NCBI GenBank assembly: GCA_041390625.1
Contig: JAWKPM010000002.1
Span: 130,924 to 194,923, forward strand
Reading direction: 5' to 3'
DNA length: 64,000 nt
Origin: Dehalococcoidia bacterium
Lineage (GTDB): Bacteria; Chloroflexota; Dehalococcoidia; UBA2979
Position numbers and translations under genes: made by a program. Under the pieces are notes generated by a model. It worked only from the letters and a program-made list of their open reading frames with translations. It made no database searches and had not been told where the DNA came from. The first letter of the stretch is position 1. The number at the start of each line of letters is the position of its first letter. Positions 53,301 to 60,832 of this stretch are shown piece after piece.

Positions 53301-54115
53301 CCCGGGCGCTGCAGCGCGCAGTCCGCTCCATCGACATGGTGGCGCGCGTCGGCGGCGACGAGTTCGTCGTGCTGATGCGCGACGTCGGCGAGGAGGTCGC
53401 CGTCGAGGTCGCCGAGCGCATCCACGAGTCGCTATGGGATGCTCACGACGAACTGCCGGACGCGCCGACCCGTGTCCGTGTCTCGATCGGCATCGCGGTT
53501 GGCCCCGAAGACGGCACGGACAGCCGCGCCCTCATCACCGCCGCCGACGAGGCGATGTACGAGGCGAAGTTCGCAGGGGGCCGTCGCACCCGCCTCGCCC
53601 GCGACCGTCGAGGCTCGCTCCGCGGGCGTCGTTTCGTGCGGCAGCCGAACCGCGTCGTGGCGCGCCTCGTCGAGGCCACGCTCGCGGGTGCGACCCCTCA
53701 GGAGCTCGAGCTCGCCCACCTCGCGGAGCGCTACGTGCTGTCGGCAGCGGTCCAGGCAGGCGTTGCGCCCGAGTCGACGCCCCCGCTGCGCATGTTGCTC
53801 CTCACGATGGCCAGCGCACGCACCACGCCGCCCGACGCACCGCTCGACGAGGGCGCGCGCGCGCTCCTCATCGAAGGCCTCAACGAAGAGTGGGCGGAGC
53901 GAGTAGCGGACCACGCTGAGCTCGGCTCCATCCTCAGCTCGGCGGCCATCGAGCTCGCCTGGCGCCAGGCGCCGCCGCCCGTTGGAAACGGCGAGCCGCC
54001 CGAGGCGATTCTCGCGGGGCTGCGAGACGAGCACCCGGAGTGGGAGCCCGCCATCCGCGCCCTCGAGGCGGCGATCAACCAGGGCGACGACTCCGAGGGC
54101 GTACGCGCCGCCTGA
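50351..54115 (+). CDS. Multidomain diguanylate cyclase (TM region, coiled coil, GAF repeats, GGDEF, C-terminal unknown domain)
   Basis: About 6 N-terminal TM helices. GAF-like repeats. The GGDEF domain has RVGGDEFVVL and an RSID (RxxD) I-site 5 residues upstream. About 190 aa of unassigned C-terminus. Confidence 0.85.
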   Translation: MRLLQMLATPRTAHNEAGDPELQERRADVRSLLVLRRAGAFATVAVIAGALLGVLSIQHSTLAVLVVAAVSLEIGYQLPLRARTVESLQNRLMFPTLLYATQMVAFMHYAADMLWLPTLGLGLNGVVAAVTLSSRRVIIVTVYSCVAFLAYALLAFSGVVDAHPVFAGGAIAPELSPASETPERMWLTFVSILLLTTFMLPALPFVAHSVTHRLRTTRDALARTSNQLAAARAEVEASREQLAQWNAQLHDEIGRKTADLEAQNRYLAGLNAISFALTGQIGDRAAYERVARLVVRILELEVAQLHTRGANEAFEVIATVADSSEPPPPVPFDESVIEAAAREGMPVFNGSPGSSEEPWVSALVPVASKGEVLGVLTVSGRRKRPWTDQDRHLLAFVGRELGSAIEAATLYGAAVATSDQEATLSEVLRALASEADLDRAVGRALDVLSRRLGAVFVGVRARLGAQPGANRASTLAVTVARASAEGTRSTAYDGLAATSASLVRDRDRPLILGPRGEDVLSDATRQLGLGSMAIAPVIAARVDEALGTGRPARPSVVGALVLGASSEQHIGREHADLLGRIADGIGRRLEAEDLVRVQSRRIRELSGLARVAAVVQSTVDTSRLYAGFAQAMSELTEYRRLAVARFDESSAMVEVSSYLDRGRAASPSASRTSDESHRWYDARVPLAWARDIEAPPSWVSPEDDYGIVVPLRPRGVKLGLVFVATVDAPSEDLVAIAGQAVEQLALALDSATLFRQATDRAARIQVLGHLARIVASAADLREAFGAFSDEVRWLIPFDRAVMLLVDRSGEVLPYATYPETVDAPAGDAATRFAREAIEAGQPTAFARADGQSRDEEWAAFGHDARVVAMVPIVTDGGSAVFALTRNSDQQFTSEEFGAMQEVADLLAVTIDRVRMYDEAEYQAGHDSLTGLPNLRSLNDELVGLAPALEDGGTAALLMIDMDDLKVFNDMLGHHAGDRVIQIVARALQRAVRSIDMVARVGGDEFVVLMRDVGEEVAVEVAERIHESLWDAHDELPDAPTRVRVSIGIAVGPEDGTDSRALITAADEAMYEAKFAGGRRTRLARDRRGSLRGRRFVRQPNRVVARLVEATLAGATPQELELAHLAERYVLSAAVQAGVAPESTPPLRMLLLTMASARTTPPDAPLDEGARALLIEGLNEEWAERVADHAELGSILSSAAIELAWRQAPPPVGNGEPPEAILAGLRDEHPEWEPAIRALEAAINQGDDSEGVRAA

Positions 54116-54240
54116 CGGGCTTCGCCGCCATACTGGCATGCGGCAAGGGGCCGACGCTCAGCGGAGATCGGTGATCTGGGTTCCGATTGCGCCGCCCGGC
54201 GCGCCCCAAAGCAAGGCAGCGCTTGGTGGACGACGTTCAT

Positions 54241-54825
54241 TTAGTCGGCCACCGTCAAGCCCACCCAGCCCTCGAGGGACGAGCGGCGGCCGTGTCCATC
54301 AATGGTCGCCGTGCGCCATCTGAGGTGGTACCGCCCTGGTTGCGGCGGCCGTGAGCCGGCGGCTCGGGCAAGCGCGAACCCGCGGAGCTCTTCGCCGGGT
54401 GACGCGGAAACCAGACGTTGCGAATAGTGCGGCCGTTGGTCCGGAGAGAGCCGGCGGGCGCTCACCTCGAACGAATCGTCAGAGCCGCCCGAACTGACTG
54501 GGACGACCCACGCCTGGACATCGCACGTCTGCGCCGAGGCGTTGCCGACGTTTCTCACGTCGACCCACAGTCCACCCGACTCAAGCCGAAACGCCGAGGG
54601 GACCAGCGCCGTCCGGCTGCGGTCCTTCAAGGTCTCCCACACGTGATACGCGAACGCGAGTGAAACCACCCCGACGACATACGCCAGCAGTTGAAGCAGC
54701 GGTAAGCCGCGGTCGATGAGGATCAGGAGCGGTGGGAGCCAGGATGTGAGCAGCGCGACCGCTCGCAGTCGGCCAATGAACAGCGCCAGCGGGCGGCGGC
54801 GAAGCGGGGCAAGATCGCGACTCAT
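54241..54825 (-). CDS. Membrane hypothetical protein
   Basis: Two N-terminal TM helices followed by a beta-rich soluble part. 194 aa. Confidence 0.5.
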   Translation of the reverse strand: MSRDLAPLRRRPLALFIGRLRAVALLTSWLPPLLILIDRGLPLLQLLAYVVGVVSLAFAYHVWETLKDRSRTALVPSAFRLESGGLWVDVRNVGNASAQTCDVQAWVVPVSSGGSDDSFEVSARRLSPDQRPHYSQRLVSASPGEELRGFALARAAGSRPPQPGRYHLRWRTATIDGHGRRSSLEGWVGLTVAD

Positions 54826-54906
54826 CGAGGTAGGGTAGGGCCGAGTCGCGCAGGGGACTCAGTCAGCAGGCAGCTCGCTCAAGCCCGTTGCACCATTGGA
54901 CTCCGA

Positions 54907-54983
54907 TGGTCGGGGCGCGCAGATTCGAACTGCGGGCCTCTGCGTCCCAAACGCAGCGCTCTGCCAGGCTGAGCTACGCCCCG
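54907..54983 (-). tRNA. tRNA-Pro (anticodon UGG), CCA encoded
   Basis: Minus strand: CGGGGCG-TA-GCTC-AGCCTGGCA-GAGC-G-CTGCG-TTTGGGA-CGCAG-AGGCC-CGCAG-TTCGAAT-CTGCG-CGCCCCG-A-CCA. Confidence 0.9.
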
Positions 54984-54996
54984 AGTGCCATCGACG

Positions 54997-55380
54997 CTAC
55001 GCGGCGCACTGTTCGCACGTCAACGACTCGCTGCGCGCATAGCCGCACGAGGCGCACTCCCACCACTCGATGCCGCGCCGTCCGCCGCCGCCATGCTCGT
55101 GGCGTGCCACCACGGCCTCGCGACATCGAGGGCACCGACCAGCCTCGAGGGCGTCGAGTTGGGCATCTCGAGCCCGCCACGACCACAGCACGATGACGAG
55201 CGCCGCTGCGACCGCGACGCCGATGCCGCCGGCCGCCTCGCCGAGGCCCCAGCGAAACGCCAGTGCCCGGCCGGTCGCGTACCACCCGAAGGCGACGACC
55301 ACGGACAGCAGCACCCAGGCCGACGTCTCGAGGCCGCCGCGCGAGAACCCTCGACCGAGCGCGCGGTGCTCTCGAGGCAT
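54997..55380 (-). CDS. Membrane protein with C-terminal zinc ribbon, coupled to pyrD
   Basis: The ATG overlaps the pyrD stop (TGATG). Two TM helices, then CPRC...CASCG...CEQC. 127 aa. Confidence 0.55.
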   Translation of the reverse strand: MPREHRALGRGFSRGGLETSAWVLLSVVVAFGWYATGRALAFRWGLGEAAGGIGVAVAAALVIVLWSWRARDAQLDALEAGRCPRCREAVVARHEHGGGGRRGIEWWECASCGYARSESLTCEQCAA

Positions 55381-56309
55381 CAGTCGCGCCGCCGCGCCGC
55401 GCCCACGATCTCGCCGATCTTCGAGACCCCTTCGCGTTCGCAGAACGCCTCGATCTCCTCGCGCACGATCCAGGGCGCGCGTGGGTCGCGGAACGTGGCC
55501 GTCCCTACCTGAACCGCCGAGGCGCCGGCCATGATGAACTCGAGGGCGTCCCGTCCGTTCGAGATCCCGCCGCTGGCGATCACCGGCACGTCGACCACCG
55601 CCGAGACGAGGTACACGTGCCGAAGGGCGATCGGCTTGATCGCCGGCCCGGAGAGCCCCCCGAAGGTCGCGCCGATGACCGGCCGCCGCTGCTCGATGTC
55701 GATCGCCATCGCGGGCACGGTGTTCATGATCGTGATCGCGTCGGCGCCCGCATCCTCGACCGCCCGCGCGACCGGGCGGATGTCCGTCACGTTCGGGGTC
55801 ATCTTCACGGTGAACGGCAGCGAAGTCTGCGACCGCACCTCCGTCACCACGCTGGCAGCGACGTCCGGGTCCTGCCCGAACTCCATCCCGCCGACCTCGA
55901 CGTTCGGGCACGAGATGTTGACCTCGAGGGCGGACACCCCCGGCACGCCATCGAGGCGTCGCGCCAGCTGCCCGAACTCGGAGACGGTGTCGCCCATGAT
56001 GTTGACGAATACGGGGACGTCCCAGCGCGCCCAGATCGGCGCGACCTGGCGAATGAGGGCGCCCACCCCGATGTTCTGGAACCCGATCGAGTTGATCATG
56101 CCGGCGGCGGTCTCGACCGTGCGCTGCTGTGGATTCCCCCGCCGCGCGCGCAGGGTCGTGCCCTTCGACACGATGCCGCCGAGCTCCTCGAGGTCGAAGC
56201 GCTTCGCGAACTCGATGCCGTTGGAGAACGTGCCTGACGCCGTCATCACGGGGTTCCGCAGGACGACGTCCTGCTTGCCCCCGGCGCCAATCGAGACCGA
56301 GAGGTCCAT
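55380..56309 (-). CDS. pyrD: Dihydroorotate dehydrogenase, class 1B catalytic subunit
   Basis: NPVMTASGTF, EVNISCPNV (catalytic Cys), GGLSGPAIKPIAL and ASGGI motifs. The ATG at 56309 has GAGGAGG upstream. Confidence 0.9.
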   Translation of the reverse strand: MDLSVSIGAGGKQDVVLRNPVMTASGTFSNGIEFAKRFDLEELGGIVSKGTTLRARRGNPQQRTVETAAGMINSIGFQNIGVGALIRQVAPIWARWDVPVFVNIMGDTVSEFGQLARRLDGVPGVSALEVNISCPNVEVGGMEFGQDPDVAASVVTEVRSQTSLPFTVKMTPNVTDIRPVARAVEDAGADAITIMNTVPAMAIDIEQRRPVIGATFGGLSGPAIKPIALRHVYLVSAVVDVPVIASGGISNGRDALEFIMAGASAVQVGTATFRDPRAPWIVREEIEAFCEREGVSKIGEIVGAARRRD

Positions 56310-56378
56310 CGAGGCCTCCTCGCGACCTCGATGATACTCGGGCGCGACGCTACCGCCCTCGATCTCACTCCGAAACGA

Positions 56379-56412
56379 CATCGAGGCGTCGCCGTTCGGC
56401 GACGCCTCGATG
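56379..56412 (-). terminator. Perfect 15-bp hairpin in the pyrD leader (terminator/attenuator candidate)
   Basis: CATCGAGGCGTCGCC-GTTC-GGCGACGCCTCGATG. On the minus strand it is followed by TGTCGTTTCGG. A second hairpin CTCCTCGC-GAAGGTA-GCGAGGAG lies at 56430..56452. Confidence 0.45.
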
Positions 56413-56462
56413 GGATTGGCGTTCTCTGGCTCCTCGCGAAGGTAGCGAGGAGAGTTCGAGCG

Positions 56463-56699
56463 CTACTGCTCCTCGGCCAGCGAGACGTCCTTCGGCTTCG
56501 GGATGCGCAGCGAACTGCGCAGGTCATTCCGAAGCGTGTTCGTCTGCTCCCACATCACGTGCTCGGTCGAGTTCGCGAATACCTTGGCCTTGCCGCAGTG
56601 CTTGCAGCGCCCGCGGCTCTCACGGCCGTTCGGCGCCTCAATCACCCAGTGGTGCACACACTGGGCCGAGCGAGTCTTGCGAGCCACTTCCTGAGTCAT
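56463..56699 (-). CDS. Small zinc-ribbon-like protein
   Basis: 78 aa from ATG 56699 (GGAGGG upstream). C-x-HH...C-x-x-C pattern (SAQCVHHWVIEAPNGRESRGRCKHCGKAKVF). Confidence 0.55.
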   Translation of the reverse strand: MTQEVARKTRSAQCVHHWVIEAPNGRESRGRCKHCGKAKVFANSTEHVMWEQTNTLRNDLRSSLRIPKPKDVSLAEEQ

Positions 56700-56806
56700 G
56701 ATCGTCCCTCCGTGGACGTTGGCGCCGTCACCTCCGTGGTGCGCGCCCCGGTTCCGATGCTCGATCCGCCCCCGCCGGGGGACCGCTGTCGTGTCCGGCG
56801 TTCCGA

Positions 56807-56835
56807 ACACTACCTCGCTACGAAGCTGTCGTCAA
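56807..56835 (-). promoter_or_regulatory. Candidate promoter for the small zinc-ribbon gene
   Basis: Minus strand reads TTGACG (56835..56830), 17 nt, TAGTGT (56812..56807). It lies in the AT-richest intergenic stretch of the window. Confidence 0.35.
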
Positions 56836-57002
56836 CTTTTCCTTCAATAAAACGTTTCAAACCTCAGAAACGTCCTCGGAGTCCGATTCGTCCGATTCCG
56901 CCTCGTCGGCTCGCTCCCTATACTCGGGAGACTCGGCACTCCACCGGGTCGGCCCGGTGAATTCCGACACCATGCACGCTACCGACGGACTGTTAAGGAA
57001 GC

Positions 57003-58121
57003 GTGCTTGTTCTAAGAACGATTCCCACGCGCTGCCGGTTCCCGGATCTCGGATTCCGACGCGCCGAATTGCGAGGTTTGCCCTTGGCTGACGCCCAGCA
57101 GGTGATCGAGGCGCTCCGCGCCGTCCAGGATCCCGAACTCCACCGCGACATCGTCTCCCTCAACATGGTGCGAGACGTCTCCATCGAGGGCGGGCGCGTC
57201 GCCTTCACCCTCGTCCTCACGACCCCCGCCTGTCCCCTGCGCGAGACCATCGACACCGATGTGCGGGCGGCCCTCCAGCACGTGCCCGGCATCGATGACA
57301 TCGATGTCACATGGGACGCCGATGTGCGCGCCTCCCGCCCTCGCGAGGGCGGGCCGGCACCCGTGACCGGCGTGCGTAATGTCATCGCGGTCGCCTCCAA
57401 CAAGGGGGGCGTGGGGAAATCCACCGTCTCCGTGAACCTCGCCGTCGCCCTCGCGCAGCTCGGGGCGCGGGTCGGCATCCTCGATGCCGACATCACCGGC
57501 CCGAACATCCCGACGATGCTCGGGATCGAGCAGGGCGGGCTCGCATCCGGCGAGAGTGGCCTCCACACCATCGAGGCCCACGGCGTCCAGGCCGCCTCGA
57601 TCGGCTTCGTCCTCCCGAAGGGCACACCGGTCGTCTGGCGTGGCCCGATGATCGGCTCTGGCGTCCGCCAGCTCCTCCACGACATCGACTGGGGCGAGCT
57701 CGACTACCTGATTGTGGACCTCCCGCCCGGCACCTCCGATGCCTCGATGTCCATGGCGCAGGACGCCCTCGTTGCCGGCGCCGTCATCGTCTCGACGCCG
57801 CAGAAGGTCGCCATCGAGGACGCCACGAAGGCCGTCGGCATGTTCGACCGCCTCGGTGTGCCCATCTTTGGCATCGTCGAGAACATGAGCTCCGACGTCT
57901 TCGGGCGAGGCGGAGCCGCCGCCGCCGCCGACGACCTCGGTATCGAGCTGCTCGGCGAGATTCCTCTCGAGGCCAGCATCCGCGAGGGCGGGGACAACGG
58001 TGTCCCGGTCGTCGCGGCCGCCCCGGATTCGGCCCAGGCCCAGGCGTTCATCCGCCTCGCCGAGCAGGTCGCTGCTCGATGCTCCGTCCTCCAGTACGCA
58101 GGTGAAGCAGGTGCCGCATGA
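57003..58121 (+). CDS. Mrp/ApbC/NBP35-family ATPase with N-terminal DUF59 (MIP18) domain
   Basis: DUF59 segment (VQDPELHRDIVSLNMV...TTPACPL) and deviant Walker A SNKGGVGKST. ENMSSDVFGRGG lacks the usual CxxC. The GTG start at 57003 is uncertain and may be further downstream. Confidence 0.85.
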   Translation: MLVLRTIPTRCRFPDLGFRRAELRGLPLADAQQVIEALRAVQDPELHRDIVSLNMVRDVSIEGGRVAFTLVLTTPACPLRETIDTDVRAALQHVPGIDDIDVTWDADVRASRPREGGPAPVTGVRNVIAVASNKGGVGKSTVSVNLAVALAQLGARVGILDADITGPNIPTMLGIEQGGLASGESGLHTIEAHGVQAASIGFVLPKGTPVVWRGPMIGSGVRQLLHDIDWGELDYLIVDLPPGTSDASMSMAQDALVAGAVIVSTPQKVAIEDATKAVGMFDRLGVPIFGIVENMSSDVFGRGGAAAAADDLGIELLGEIPLEASIREGGDNGVPVVAAAPDSAQAQAFIRLAEQVAARCSVLQYAGEAGAA

Positions 58122-59011
58122 CCCCTGACGAACGCGCCACGGATGCCAGCGAGGACCGCGGCCGATCGAGTCGCGGTCGCTCGACCCCGGAGCCGCGTGT
58201 CGTCAGCCGCCGCCCCGCACGAGGCACCGAGAAGTCGGGCAAGGACGAGGCGCCGTCGACCGCCGAGGAGTCGCGCGGCGACGCTCGCTCCTCGAACGGG
58301 GGTAGCGAGGGTGGCACGAGGCGGCGACGGCGTCGCACCGACAGCTCATCCCGCTCCGAGGCTCCGACTCAGGCCGAGGCGACCACTGAAGCCCCGAGCC
58401 GACTGTCCAGCCGCTCGAGCGAGCCAACTCGCCGCGGCGAGCCGCTCGGTGACATGGCGACCGAACTGCGCTCCGTCCTCGAGTCGCTCGATGACCTCAA
58501 CCGCCGCGTCGCGCGAATGGAGCGCCAGCAGCGCCTCGGCGTCTTCGTCGACGTACCGAATCTGATCTACGGCGCCGAGCGCAGCGACGAGCCGATCCAC
58601 ATGGGCAAGCTGCTCGATATGCTCTCCGAGGGCCGCGAGCTCATTCGCGCTACCGCGTACTCACCCGTGTCGGACGACCCCGGTGAGCCCGTCGAGCGAC
58701 AGAAGTTCGTGGCGCCGTTCGTGCCGTTCGAGTACCGCATCGTGACGAAGCCGTTGAAGCGCTTCGCGGACGGCTCGATCAAGGGCAACTTCGATGTCGA
58801 GATGGCCGTCGACATGGTGACGATGGCCGAGCGCCTCGATGTGATCTGCATCGTTTCGGGCGACGCCGACTTCGCGCGCGTCGTCGAGGTGATCCAGAGC
58901 CGAGGCGTCCGTGTCGAGGTCGCGGCCTTCGCGAACAGCACCTCCGCGGAGATGCGCGCAATCGCCGACCACTACCTCGAGCTGGGGACGGTCGTTCGCG
59001 ACCTGAGGTAA
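58118..59011 (+). CDS. NYN/LabA-like (DUF88) domain protein with disordered N-terminus
   Basis: ATGA overlap with the mrp gene. About 125 aa of Ser/Arg/Glu-rich low complexity, then LGVFVDVPNLIY...GNFDVEMAVDMV...VSGDADFARVVE (NYN pattern). Confidence 0.75.
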   Translation: MTPDERATDASEDRGRSSRGRSTPEPRVVSRRPARGTEKSGKDEAPSTAEESRGDARSSNGGSEGGTRRRRRRTDSSSRSEAPTQAEATTEAPSRLSSRSSEPTRRGEPLGDMATELRSVLESLDDLNRRVARMERQQRLGVFVDVPNLIYGAERSDEPIHMGKLLDMLSEGRELIRATAYSPVSDDPGEPVERQKFVAPFVPFEYRIVTKPLKRFADGSIKGNFDVEMAVDMVTMAERLDVICIVSGDADFARVVEVIQSRGVRVEVAAFANSTSAEMRAIADHYLELGTVVRDLR

Positions 59012-59042
59012 GACGCGAGCCCCGAGGTCCAACCCGCGTGAC

Positions 59043-59324
59043 TCAGTTGTGCGAGTTCGACTCGCGTCCGTTCGAGGCCGCGCGGTCGTCGCCCGCCGAC
59101 GCGCGAGGGGGGACCACCGGGGGTGCCGGTAACGCGCCGCGCCCGATGAGCGGCTCGTTCGACGCGATGGCCGCGACGAACGCCCCCACCATGAGCCCTG
59201 CACCGGTCGCGAAGAACCAGCCGACGGGTGCCGGGTCGACCTCGATCACGAAGACGCCGATCACGAGGCCCGCGAGCGCGCTCCCGAGGACGAGGACGTA
59301 CGTCCCGATCAGTTGACGGTGCAT
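59043..59324 (-). CDS. Small membrane protein
   Basis: 93 aa with two hydrophobic helices, downstream of pyrK on the same strand. Confidence 0.5.
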   Translation of the reverse strand: MHRQLIGTYVLVLGSALAGLVIGVFVIEVDPAPVGWFFATGAGLMVGAFVAAIASNEPLIGRGALPAPPVVPPRASAGDDRAASNGRESNSHN

Positions 59325-59405
59325 GGCCGCTCCTTCGATGTCCGGGGGCGTGCACTCAGGATACCGGTCGGATCGAATCGAATCATCCGTCGTCGGGATG
59401 AGGCC

Positions 59406-60182
59406 CTAGGCGTAGAGGTCGCGCAGGTCGAACATCGGCCCGTCGTGGCAGACGAGCTTCACCCCGCCCCGCCGAGGGAAGACGGCGCACGCGTAGCAAA
59501 TGCCCATCCCGCAGGCCATGGGCGCCTCGAGGAGCGCCTGGACGGGCTTGGCTGTCGCCGAGGCCCGCAGCACTCGATGCAGCGCTTCGAACATCGGCTC
59601 TGGGCCACACGTGAACGCCTGGTCGCACCAGGTCAGCAGCCGCTCGAAGGGCGCGGTGACGCGGCCGCGCTCGCCTACCGAGCCGTCCTCGGTGGTAACC
59701 ACGACCTCGACGTCCGGCGGCAGCAGGTGCGCAGGGAAGATCTGCTCCTCGGAGCGACCGCCGAGGACGAGCGTGACCGCGCGCCCCTCCTCGACGAGTC
59801 GGTCTGCGAGGCCGATGAGCGGCGCGCACCCGATCCCCCCGCCGACGAGCAGCATCTGCTGGACCTGCGGCCGAGGCTCGAAGCCGCGTCCGAGGGGTCC
59901 CACCACTCGAATCACGTCGCCCGGCGTCCGCCGCGCGAGCCAATCGGTGCCACGCCCGAGCACGTCGAAGAGCAGCGCGAACTCGGGACCTCGAGGCCCT
60001 TCGCGCCATCGATGGATGGAGAGCGCGCGCCCGAGGAGCGGGTCGTACGACTCGCCCGCGTACGCCATGACGAACTGCCCGGGCGTCGCGTGTGCGAAGC
60101 GCTCCGGCTGCTCCAGCCAGAGCAGATGCGTGTTCCCGTAGAGGCGCGCGCTCTCGCGAACCTCGACGTATTCGCTGTTCAT
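59406..60182 (-). CDS. pyrK: Dihydroorotate dehydrogenase electron-transfer subunit
   Basis: FAD-binding RALSI, NAD-binding LLVGGGIGCAPL and the C-terminal 2Fe-2S motif MACGMGICYACAV...CHDGP. ATGA overlap with the upstream HAD gene. Confidence 0.88.
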   Translation of the reverse strand: MNSEYVEVRESARLYGNTHLLWLEQPERFAHATPGQFVMAYAGESYDPLLGRALSIHRWREGPRGPEFALLFDVLGRGTDWLARRTPGDVIRVVGPLGRGFEPRPQVQQMLLVGGGIGCAPLIGLADRLVEEGRAVTLVLGGRSEEQIFPAHLLPPDVEVVVTTEDGSVGERGRVTAPFERLLTWCDQAFTCGPEPMFEALHRVLRASATAKPVQALLEAPMACGMGICYACAVFPRRGGVKLVCHDGPMFDLRDLYA

Positions 60183-60828
60183 CGAGCGCCGCCGAGCAGC
60201 ACGCCGCACGCGGCATCGAGGTCGTCCACCACGTGTGTCGCGCCCGCGTCCCACAGCGCCGAGGCGTCGTCCGGCCCTGTTGTGACGCCGAGGCGCACCG
60301 CGAGGGCCGCGGCTGCACCGCACTCGATATCGAAGCGCGTGTCACCGAGGATGGCGGCGTCGTCGGCCGATGCCTCGAGGACACGCAGCGCCTCGATGGC
60401 CGGATCGGCGTGTGGCTTCGCGCGCGCCACGCTGTCCGATCCGACGACGGCGGTGAAGCGCGCCGCCCAGCCCAGGTGCCCGAGGACTTCGCGCGCGGCG
60501 TTCTCCGTCTTGTTCGTGACGACGGCCGCGGCCACGCCTCGCTCGCTGATCGCATCGAGAAGCGCCTGAGCACCGAGAAACGGCTGTGTCTGCGGCGCAA
60601 AGTCCGACAGGTAGCGCACGACGAACGACTGGAAGATCCGGTCGGCGTCTTCACCGCGGTAGCCCGTCACATCGGCGAGCAGGTCCTCGATCGGCGGGCC
60701 GATGATGGGCCTCGATGCCACGAGCTCAGGATCGAAGCCGGCGGCCTCGAGCGTCGAGGCGACCGCGGCCCGCACCTGCGGCTCGGAGTCGATCAGCGTG
60801 CCGTCGAGGTCGAACAGCACGGCGCGAA

Positions 60829-60832
<4 letters not shown>
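60179..60832 (-). CDS. HAD-superfamily hydrolase inserted in the pyr operon
   Basis: LFDLDGTLIDSEP motif I, TNK motif II and GDTRFDIECG motif IV. 4-nt overlaps with carB and pyrK. Confidence 0.8.
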
